From positions 1-59,912 of IMG/VR virus record IMGVR_UViG_3300034092_003926: a stretch of DNA of 59,912 nucleotides; one strand, given 5' to 3'. Shown here in pieces: positions 1 through 7,987 of the stretch. The notes beneath the pieces were generated by a model. That model ran no database searches and was not told where the DNA came from. It was given only the letters and a program-made list of their open reading frames with translations. The position numbers and the translations under genes were made by a program. Source of the DNA: a virus (Duplodnaviria; Caudoviricetes). Positions within the stretch are counted from its first letter, which is position 1, and every line of letters begins with the position of its first letter.

Positions 1-2
1 AT

Positions 3-242
3 AAGCCATCAGCACCAAAGTATAAAAATAAGTTTGAAAGTATGCCAGAGTTTAATATGTGCAAAGAAGATCTTGAGTTTGATAGAAAGGTAAAAAAACC
101 TGCGCCATCGGCAAGATTAAGAGATTGCGAACCAATAAAAGTCAGATGTCGAGTTTGTGGAAAAAATGAAAAAGTTGCACCTGATCTTGTCGAGTCTATA
201 GAAAGATACAAGTGTAACAAATGTTCGACAGGAGCCGGTTGA
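3..242 (+). CDS. Hypothetical protein with C-terminal Zn-ribbon (5' partial; frame open to window edge)
   Basis: Frame is open from position 3 through the ORF-track start at 42; CRVC...CNKC motif; stop TGA overlaps the dnaB ATG (TGATG). Confidence 0.65.
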   Translation, partial: KPSAPKYKNKFESMPEFNMCKEDLEFDRKVKKPAPSARLRDCEPIKVRCRVCGKNEKVAPDLVESIERYKCNKCSTGAG

Positions 243-1696
243 TGATTCTTTGTGATCCCGCCGCAGAAAGAGCGGTTTTAGCTGGTATATGCACCTATGG
301 TGAAAATGCCTATCTTGATGTTGCTGATATTATTCAAGAAACTTCTTTCACTGTAGACAGCAATAGCATTATTTTCAAGTGCATTAAAACGCTATTTAAC
401 AACGAACAAAAAACAAAAATAGACGTAGCATCTATATATTCTATTGCTCAAGAGTTGGGCGTTAGCAATATTCTTAACAAAAAAGAAGAAGCTCAACATC
501 TTAAAGCTATTATGGATTTTCCTGTTAGTGAGGAAAATGTTAGAAAATTTGCAGCAAAAATTCGTAAGCTTGAGATAGCAAGATTACTTCGAAAGCAACT
601 TGAAACAACTCAAGACAAGATTTTAGAAGTTACTGGCAATGAGCCGATATCATCTATTATCGGTATTGCAGAAGACAGCATTTTTAATTTTACTTCTTTA
701 TTAAATGATAGTGATAGTGGGCCAGAAAAAATTGGATCCAATATTGAAGATTATGTCAAAGATCTAGAACTCAATAAAATTGATCAGGTTGGTATTCCAA
801 CAGGATTTCCAATATATGATCAGGCTATCGGTGGTGGCTTAAGAAAAGGAACTATTAATGTTATTGGGGCAAGACCAAAAACTGGCAAAACATTATTATC
901 AGATAATATGGGATATAATGTTGCTAAATTAGGTATTCCTGTTTTGAATATGGATACAGAAATGAATAAAGAAGATCATATCCATAGACTACTAGCAATG
1001 ATTGCAGAGGTTGAAATTAATAATATTGAAACAGGAAAATTTTCAGAAAATCCAGAAAAGAAAAACAAGATCAACAGCGCCGTTCAACAATTAAAAGAAT
1101 CAAAACTTTATCATAAAAGCATTGCTGGTAAGCCATTTGAAGATCAGCTAGCGATCATGAGAAGATGGTTAGTTAAAGAAGTAGGATTAAATGATGATGG
1201 AACGGCCAAAGACTGTGTTATATTTTATGACTATTTAAAACTTATGGATAGTGCTGGTATCAGCCAAGATCTAAAAGAATATCAGGTTCTTGGATTTATG
1301 ATGACCAGCCTTCATAATTTTGCAGTTAGGTATAAGGTTCCAATTGTTGCTTTTATTCAGCTCAACAGGGATGGTATAACAAAAGAAAGTACTGACTCTG
1401 CAAGCGGATCCGATAGAATTATTTGGCTATGTAGCAATTTCAGTATATTTAAAAGAAAGAGCGACGAAGAAATTGCAGAAGACGGTCCAGATAATGGCAA
1501 CCGTAAACTAGTGCCTCTTGTTAGTCGTCATGGTGGAGGTCTAGACGATAATGATTATATTAATTGTTATATGAAAGGCTGGTGCGCCAAGATTACTGAA
1601 GGACGAACAAGGTTAGAAATTATGAATAATATTAATATAAAGAGCGAGGGGTTCGTAGTAGATGACAATGACGATGACCAAATCCCATTTGAATGA
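242..1696 (+). CDS. dnaB: Replicative DNA helicase, DnaB family
   Basis: N-terminal AERAVLAG; Walker A GARPKTGKT; DTEM; Walker B-region FYDYLKLM; IQLNR. AGGAG at 230-234 favours ATG 242 over 221. Confidence 0.93.
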   Translation: MILCDPAAERAVLAGICTYGENAYLDVADIIQETSFTVDSNSIIFKCIKTLFNNEQKTKIDVASIYSIAQELGVSNILNKKEEAQHLKAIMDFPVSEENVRKFAAKIRKLEIARLLRKQLETTQDKILEVTGNEPISSIIGIAEDSIFNFTSLLNDSDSGPEKIGSNIEDYVKDLELNKIDQVGIPTGFPIYDQAIGGGLRKGTINVIGARPKTGKTLLSDNMGYNVAKLGIPVLNMDTEMNKEDHIHRLLAMIAEVEINNIETGKFSENPEKKNKINSAVQQLKESKLYHKSIAGKPFEDQLAIMRRWLVKEVGLNDDGTAKDCVIFYDYLKLMDSAGISQDLKEYQVLGFMMTSLHNFAVRYKVPIVAFIQLNRDGITKESTDSASGSDRIIWLCSNFSIFKRKSDEEIAEDGPDNGNRKLVPLVSRHGGGLDDNDYINCYMKGWCAKITEGRTRLEIMNNINIKSEGFVVDDNDDDQIPFE

Positions 1697-2816
1697 TCAA
1701 GCCAAACTAAAAATAGTTTGCGATGAAGTATGTGATAATATTGAATCGTTATTACAGACATTTGATATTGATTACAAATTTAATCAAAAAATGATAACTA
1801 TGTGTTGTCCAATCCATGGCGGAGATAATCCATCCGCAGTAAATCTATATCCAGAAGGTGAATCATATAGAGGAAACTGGAAGTGTAGAACACATAATTG
1901 TGAGAAAATTTTTAAAGGATCAGTTATTGGTTTTATAAGAGGGATCATATCTAGCCAAAAATATGGATGGAGAAAAAATGGAGACGATACCTGTTCTTTT
2001 AAAGAGGCTGTAGAATTTGCCACAGGATTCATTAATAAAGATCTTAGTAGCATAAAAATTTCTCGCTCTGACAGAGAAAAGAAACAATTTACTGCTATTG
2101 TTAATTATTTGAATAATGATACTACTCCTCAAAAGTCACAAATAACAAGACAAAGCATTACACAAACGCTAGAGATTCCTGCACAATATTATCTAGATAG
2201 AGGATATTCTAAGGAGATTTTAGTTAAATATGATGTTGGAACATGTAATAATCCATTTAAAGAAATGCATAATAGAATTGTTGTTCCTATTTATGATAAT
2301 GAATATAAATATATGATAGGATGCACAGGGCGTAGTATTTACGAGAAATGCACAGAATGTAAATCTCATCATGACCCTAATCAATCTTGCCCAGACACTG
2401 AAATAAGATGGAAAAACTGTAAGTGGAAACACAATGCTGATTTTAAGAGTCAAAATCATCTTTACAACTTTTGGTTTGCTAAAGAACATATTCTAAAGAG
2501 CGGTGTAGCAATTATTGTAGAAAGTCCAGGAAATGTTTGGAGACTCGAAGAGAATGGAATACATAATAGTGTTGCTATATTTGGATCATCTTTAAGTGAT
2601 CGTCAAAAAATTCTTTTAGATTCATCAGGAGCAATGAGTTTAATTATCTTAACAGATAATGATGAAGCCGGAATAAAAGCAGCAGAACAAATTAAAAATA
2701 AATGCAAAAATACTTATCGCGTCTTTATTCCAACAATTAGTAAGCCAGATGTTGGAGAAATGAACAGCGAAGAGATCAACCTTGAAATAAAAACATATTT
2801 AGAAAGAATAGTATGA
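1662..2816 (+). CDS. dnaG: DNA primase, DnaG-like (Zn-binding domain + TOPRIM)
   Basis: CPIH...CRTHNC zinc domain, YYLDRG, RIVVPI, TOPRIM IIVES and ILTDNDEAG; follows the helicase. Confidence 0.88.
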   Translation: MTMTMTKSHLNDQAKLKIVCDEVCDNIESLLQTFDIDYKFNQKMITMCCPIHGGDNPSAVNLYPEGESYRGNWKCRTHNCEKIFKGSVIGFIRGIISSQKYGWRKNGDDTCSFKEAVEFATGFINKDLSSIKISRSDREKKQFTAIVNYLNNDTTPQKSQITRQSITQTLEIPAQYYLDRGYSKEILVKYDVGTCNNPFKEMHNRIVVPIYDNEYKYMIGCTGRSIYEKCTECKSHHDPNQSCPDTEIRWKNCKWKHNADFKSQNHLYNFWFAKEHILKSGVAIIVESPGNVWRLEENGIHNSVAIFGSSLSDRQKILLDSSGAMSLIILTDNDEAGIKAAEQIKNKCKNTYRVFIPTISKPDVGEMNSEEINLEIKTYLERIV

Positions 2817-3406
2817 TACGCATTATTGCTTTTGCTGGAACCAAACAATCAGGTAAGACTACTTGTGCTACAAATATCTTAAATCATTGGAAAAGCACAA
2901 CAGTAAATCAAAAGGTTAAAATATATAATTTTGCAGATCCTTTGAAGAGGGATATCTGTATGAATATTTTAGGTTTAACAGAACAGCAATGTTATGGCGA
3001 AGATTGTTTTAAAAATACTCTTACTGATATTGTATGGGATAATAAACAACTTACCGCCAGAGAAGTGATGCAATTCGTAGGGACTGATATATTTCGCAAG
3101 ATGAAGAACAATGTTTGGGCGGACGCTACTTTAATAAAAATAAATAATGAAAAACCATCCTTAGCTGTCATTGCGGATTGTCGTTTTCCCAATGAGGTAG
3201 AGTCTGTAAAAAAGGCTGGAGGAATAGTAGTCAGACTAACGAGGAAGCCCTTTAGCTCTGATCATGCTAGTGAAGTAGCGCTTGAGCAAATTAATTATGA
3301 CTGGAATAATTTTGATATTATACTAGATAATAAAAATATGGATTTACAAACCCAAAATAATGCATTAATATCTGTATTAAAGCAGAAAGGAATACTACCA
3401 TTATAA
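2813..3406 (+). CDS. Deoxynucleoside monophosphate kinase (T4 gp1-like)
   Basis: P-loop FAGTKQSGKTT, FADPLK, REVMQFVGTDIFR, IADCRFPNE, HASE. Confidence 0.85.
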   Translation: MIRIIAFAGTKQSGKTTCATNILNHWKSTTVNQKVKIYNFADPLKRDICMNILGLTEQQCYGEDCFKNTLTDIVWDNKQLTAREVMQFVGTDIFRKMKNNVWADATLIKINNEKPSLAVIADCRFPNEVESVKKAGGIVVRLTRKPFSSDHASEVALEQINYDWNNFDIILDNKNMDLQTQNNALISVLKQKGILPL

Positions 3407-4443
3407 TCACATATCTTAGAAGTAGTTCATATGGAACCCATTCTTTTTGTCCTATGCAGTATTTTATTGAATATAATTTAGGCATTAGAAGTCCATCAAA
3501 TAAAAAGGCCGATAAAGGTAGTATAGTTCATAAAGTGCTAGAAATTTTAGCCTATATTAAACTTACCGAACAAAATAAAGAAAAAATCTATATAGACGAT
3601 ATTGTTGGTGAAGTTAATATTAATGATTATAATTTGAACGATATTATAGAGAAAGTCTATAATCATTATTCATCTCGGTTTAAACACCACCAGTGGGAGG
3701 TCAAAGACTATAAAGACTGCCATCTATGGGTAAACAAAGCGCTCACGCAGCACAATGGAGAGTTCGACCCTAGGAAAAGTAACATACTACAACCAGAACA
3801 ACACTTTGATATTTTAATAGACAAACCTTGGGCAGATTATGGGTATACGACCAAAGACGGATTTTTGGAGGGCAGATTGGCCATTAAGGGTACAATTGAT
3901 CTCATCACTAAAGTTGATGATAACACAATAGAAATAGTTGATTATAAAACCGGCAGAAGATTGGATTGGGCAACAGGAGAAGAAAAAACACTAGCTAAAC
4001 TTCAGAACGATCCACAACTGAGAATTTATCATTATGCTGTTAGTCAACTGTATTCTCATATCGAGCATATTATTTTTACTATTTATTTTATAAATGATGG
4101 TGGAGCGTTCAGTATTTGTTACGATAAGTCTGATTTGCCTAAAACAGAAGACATGATTCGTCAAAAATTTGAGACCATAAAAAATACGCAGGTTCCCCAA
4201 TTAAACAAAAGCTGGAAATGTACAAAGTTATGTCATTTTGGCAAAACCACATTCGAAAACTCTCACGTGTTGCCTATAATAGAGTATAGAGATGGTCAAC
4301 TATGCAAAGTCGATCAAGCCATGACCAAGTGTGAACAAATAAAGCATGACATAGAGTTGATCGGTATCAATAAGGTCATTGACACCTACACTTTTCCAGA
4401 CTATAGTATAGGGTTTTACAAGGCTCCTGGTTCGGTGGAATAA
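3400..4443 (+). CDS. PD-(D/E)xK RecB/Cas4-like exonuclease with probable 4Fe-4S cysteines; probable ATT start
   Basis: GSIVH, KGTIDL, IVDYKTG, QLRIY motifs; C-terminal CTKLC...C. The frame extends 18 codons upstream of ATG 3454 (IITYLRSSSYGTHSFCP) to ATT 3400, which has an AAAGGA SD 8 nt upstream. Confidence 0.8.
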   Translation: MIITYLRSSSYGTHSFCPMQYFIEYNLGIRSPSNKKADKGSIVHKVLEILAYIKLTEQNKEKIYIDDIVGEVNINDYNLNDIIEKVYNHYSSRFKHHQWEVKDYKDCHLWVNKALTQHNGEFDPRKSNILQPEQHFDILIDKPWADYGYTTKDGFLEGRLAIKGTIDLITKVDDNTIEIVDYKTGRRLDWATGEEKTLAKLQNDPQLRIYHYAVSQLYSHIEHIIFTIYFINDGGAFSICYDKSDLPKTEDMIRQKFETIKNTQVPQLNKSWKCTKLCHFGKTTFENSHVLPIIEYRDGQLCKVDQAMTKCEQIKHDIELIGINKVIDTYTFPDYSIGFYKAPGSVE

Positions 4444-4445
4444 TT

Positions 4446-4529
4446 CTATGTCCACACTATTTTTCTCTGGTGTGAAAATAAAGTGTGTATTACAATATAT
4501 GTTTATATACCACACCAGAGATTATTATT
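4446..4529 (+). promoter_or_regulatory. Structured leader of the HNH gene with embedded putative late promoter
   Basis: 4453-4463 pairs with 4475-4487 (2-nt bulge). Its loop TCTCTGGTGTG (4464-4474) is the exact complement of CACACCAGAGA (4511-4521), just before ATG 4530. GTGTAT-N5-TA motif at 4485-4497. Confidence 0.6.
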
Positions 4530-5246
4530 ATGGGTAGATCTATAAAAAACGGACGCTATACAAAGTGCTATAATAAAAAGCTCACCAAAAAATTTCTAGA
4601 AAAACAATATCCTAAATATGGAGCTTATAAAATAGCAAAAGACTTGGGCATGAATGTTAAAACCATATACAATTATCTAGAATATTATAATATACCTAGA
4701 GATAGAGAAAAAAATAATCAAGTTAAAAAAGGAGATGTGTTTGGATATTTGACCTTAATAAAGCCTGTAGGTAAATTAAAAAACGGAACAATAACATGGG
4801 AATGCAAATGTGAATGTGGTAAAAAAACAATCGTTCCATCATCAAGAATTAAGGCTGGAGGAGTAAAAAGCTGTGGATGCTTCTTAAAAATGAAAGGTCA
4901 AAAAAGATGGAATTGGAAGGGGTATTGCGGGATAAGTGGCGCTAGATTTACAGAAATAAGATGGAGAGCAAACAAGAAAGGATTCGATTTTGATTTAACA
5001 CCTGAATTTTTGTGGAAGCTTTATATACAAACTCAGAATAAAAAGTGTGCCATCACAGGCGAAGAAATCGATCTTGACAAAGACGGGTCATTAGATAGAA
5101 TTGATAGTTCTAAAGGATACGTCAAAAATAATGTTTGGTGGGTAAAAAAAGATATTAATAAAATGAAACTAGACTTTCCTTTACATATATTTATTAAGTT
5201 GTGTGAAAAGGTCGTAGCCAATAAGGAGAAAATTAGATGGACATGA
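4530..5246 (+). CDS. Free-standing HNH-type (homing) endonuclease with N-terminal HTH and Cys-rich domain
   Basis: HTH-like YKIAKDLGMNVKTIYNYL; WECKCECG...SCGC; C-terminal CAITG...SLDRIDSSKGY..NNVWW...INKMK nuclease motif. ATG 4530 preferred over GTG 4485. Confidence 0.8.
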   Translation: MGRSIKNGRYTKCYNKKLTKKFLEKQYPKYGAYKIAKDLGMNVKTIYNYLEYYNIPRDREKNNQVKKGDVFGYLTLIKPVGKLKNGTITWECKCECGKKTIVPSSRIKAGGVKSCGCFLKMKGQKRWNWKGYCGISGARFTEIRWRANKKGFDFDLTPEFLWKLYIQTQNKKCAITGEEIDLDKDGSLDRIDSSKGYVKNNVWWVKKDINKMKLDFPLHIFIKLCEKVVANKEKIRWT

Positions 5247-5297
5247 GCAACTATATACCGCTTCATGTCCATTCTTAAGTGGGCTATGTTCTCACTT
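5237..5297 (+). other. Candidate recoding element (translational bypass or mini-intron) in dnaE
   Basis: Removing TAAGTGGGCT (5276-5285) restores H-V-H-S-M-F-S-L-L-D-G. Three alternative hairpins cover the site. Confidence 0.6.
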
Positions 5298-7127
5298 TTG
5301 GATGGACTATCAAAACCAGAACAAATCGCTGAAAGATGCAAAGAAATTGGTGCAACTGCTTGTGCTTTAACAGACCATGGTAATATAGCGGGTGCGGTTA
5401 AGTTTTATCTGGCAATGAAAGCTGCCGGAATAAAACCGATTTTAGGCTGTGAACTATATATCTGCAAAAATAATCCTTCTATTAGAGAAAAAGAAAATAA
5501 AGAACTAAGTCATCTTTTAGTTTTAGCAAAAAATTATGATGGATGGAAAACTCTTATTAAAATAGTTTCAGAATCCAACAGAGAAGATTATTATTATCAT
5601 AAGCCTCGTCTAGATATCAATGCTCTTGCTTCGTTGAATGATGGTAATTTGATTATGATTACTGGACATCTTGGTTCGACATTAGCAGATGAATTAATTG
5701 AGAATAATCAATTAAAAACAAACTGGAAAGAACTTGGTATTAGCCATATCAATACTTTGAAAGAAAAATTTGAATACGTATTTTTAGAAGCTCAATTGAT
5801 GGACTCTAATAACTTAACTATACAAGTTCAACTTACGGATGCCATCAGAACCTTGGGTAAATTAACAAATACAAAAGTTGTTTGTACTCCAGATGCTCAT
5901 TATGCTCGAAAAGAAGATGCTGCCGATCAAAGAATATTGCTATGTAATAATTTAAAAGTGACATTTACAGACATTAGTCGAAAAATTAGCAACGACGAAG
6001 ATGTTCCTATGGGCTGTTTCTTTACGTCTGATAACTATCATATTCTATCTCAAGAAGAAATGAAAGAGTTACATACTGTAGAAGAAATAGAAAATACAAA
6101 TTATGTGAATAGCCTAATTGAAGAATACGACATTCTTAGTAAACCAAAACTTCCTCCTTTTAGTTGTCCTCCTGGATATGATGATGCAGAATATTTGAGA
6201 GAACTTTGTCGAAAAGGATGGAAAGAAAAAATAGCAAACATAATTCCTAAAGAAGAACATAGTATTTATGTTGATCGTATTAAATACGAATTAGATGTTT
6301 TGCAAGGAGCTAATCTTAGCAGCTACTTTTTAATTGTTCAAGATATTGTTAATGAAGTAAGAAAAAATGGGTGGTTACCCGGACCCGGAAGAGGTAGTGC
6401 TGCGGGATGTTTAGTTTCTTATTTAATTGGTATTACTAGTATAGATCCTATCAAATATAATCTATTTTTTGATAGATTTTATAATTCTGGTAGAAATACT
6501 AAAGACCGTATATCTATGCCAGATATTGATGTGGATGTTCCTATTAATAAAAGAGAATATATAATTAATTATATTAAACAAAAATATGGAGAAAATAAAG
6601 TTTCTCAAATGATTACATTTAATACTATTAAGGGTCGAGGCGCTCTTAAGGACGTATTGAGGGTATATGGCAATGTTAGTTTTGAAGAAATGAATAGAAT
6701 TACAAAGAATATTCCTGACGAAGCTAAAATTGCAGATGAATTGCAAGAAATGAAAGAAGAAACTGGTGAAGCATCTATTATCCGATGGGCATTAGAAAAT
6801 AATGCAGATAAACTCAAAGAGTGGTGTTATATAGATGAAAACGGAGAATTACAGGGACCACTAGCCAAAAGATTTGAACAGGCTATAAGATTAGAAGGAA
6901 CGAAATCAAATCAATCAAAACACGCCGCCGGAATCGCTATTAGTTCTGAACCATTAAAAGATATTTGTCCTATGGTATATGATAGCAAAAATGACCAATA
7001 TATTGCTGGTATGGAAATGCAAGACCTAGAAAATATTGGTATCATTAAGTTTGATATTCTTGGCGTAGCAATGTTAGATAAAATTATGACCATACAAGAT
7101 CTTTTACAGCAAGGAGTGGAATTGTGA
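5237..7127 (+). CDS. dnaE: DNA polymerase III alpha subunit, N-terminal part (PHP + palm), with a 10-nt coding gap at 5276-5285
   Basis: SD TAAGGAG at 5222-5228, then MDMSNYIPLHVHS-stop; 10 nt later MFSLLDG continues in the +1 frame. ALTDHGN, KPILGCE, DAHY, GPGRGSAAG, MPDIDVD, HAAG, KFDILG are all present. Confidence 0.9.
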
Positions 7128-7303
7128 TCAAAAAATTTAATGACGTAGAAAACAATACTGTGTTTAAAATAAATGGCATGGAATATACAAAAGTACCAAC
7201 AGTAAAAGTTAGTTGTTGCAAAAGTATAAATGCCATTCAAGTTGATAATACTAATAATAGAACATTTATTCAACCCTCAACAGATGTAGAAGTGAATGAT
7301 TAA
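7124..7303 (+). CDS. Small hypothetical protein (59 aa), missed by the ORF track
   Basis: GTG start overlapping the dnaE-N stop (GTGA), AAGGAG SD at 7111-7116; MIKKFNDVENNTVFKINGMEYTKVPTVKVSCCKSINAIQVDNTNNRTFIQPSTDVEVND; overlaps the next ATG. Confidence 0.75.
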   Translation: MIKKFNDVENNTVFKINGMEYTKVPTVKVSCCKSINAIQVDNTNNRTFIQPSTDVEVND

Positions 7304-7985
7304 TTATAATAAAATATGTGTTTTTGATTTTGAAACAGATGGATCCGATCCTAAACAATGCAGCCCTGTTCAAATAGCAGCTATTATTATTGATCCTATA
7401 CAATTAGAAATTGTTGACGGTTCAGAATTTAATATTAATTTCAAACCAGAAGTATTAGAACAATCTGAAGACTATCAATACGAAACAGATATTCTTGATT
7501 TTCATTCCAAAGTAAAGGGGTGTAGTAAAGACGATATCTTAAATGAATGGAAAAAATATCCAAAACAGGAACATTCATGGAAGATGTTTACTAACTATCT
7601 GGATAAATATCATACTAGAAGTTCAAAAAAAAGTCAGTTCAGCGCACCAATTGCAGCAGGGTATAACATACATAGATTTGACTTGCATATTGTAAATCGT
7701 CTTAGTAAAAAATATGGAAACTTAAACAAAGAAGGTAATACGGATTTATTTTTTCCAAGAGATATAGCAGATGTGATGAATTTAGTTTTTTATTGGTTTG
7801 AACACAATAATGAACTAAAAAGTTACACTCTCGATACCGTAAGAGATTATTTTGGTATTGATAAAACTGGTGCTCATGATGCTCTAAAAGACGTAAAAGA
7901 TACCGCGGATATATTGATACGTTTCATGAAGTTACATCGTAATCTAAGTAGTAAAATAAAGTTTAAGGATTCATTCTTAAAATAA
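7296..7985 (+). CDS. DEDDh 3'-5' exonuclease (DnaQ/epsilon-like proofreading subunit)
   Basis: ExoI VFDFETDG, ExoII AGYNIHRFD, ExoIII AHDALKDV; lies between the two dnaE halves. Confidence 0.88.
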   Translation: MINYNKICVFDFETDGSDPKQCSPVQIAAIIIDPIQLEIVDGSEFNINFKPEVLEQSEDYQYETDILDFHSKVKGCSKDDILNEWKKYPKQEHSWKMFTNYLDKYHTRSSKKSQFSAPIAAGYNIHRFDLHIVNRLSKKYGNLNKEGNTDLFFPRDIADVMNLVFYWFEHNNELKSYTLDTVRDYFGIDKTGAHDALKDVKDTADILIRFMKLHRNLSSKIKFKDSFLK

Positions 7986-7987
7986 CT

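Noticed and set aside
3400-4443. cas4 as part of a CRISPR-Cas locus
   Set aside because: No other cas genes or array in the window; solo Cas4/RecB-like nucleases are common in phage replication modules.
5265-5285. ORF-track start MSILKWA for dnaE
   Set aside because: No SD at suitable spacing, and it omits the HxH PHP ligands, which are encoded in another frame just upstream.
4444-5290. Conventional group I intron containing the HNH ORF
   Set aside because: The HNH lies upstream of the dnaE start, not inside it, and the non-coding space (under 90 nt) is too small for a catalytic core; no P7-like elements recognised.
5270-5290. Simple +1 frameshift or stop read-through at CTT/TCT-TAA
   Set aside because: Read-through stays in the wrong frame. 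A +1 shift would add three residues (KWA) inside a length-conserved motif. Less parsimonious, though not formally excluded.
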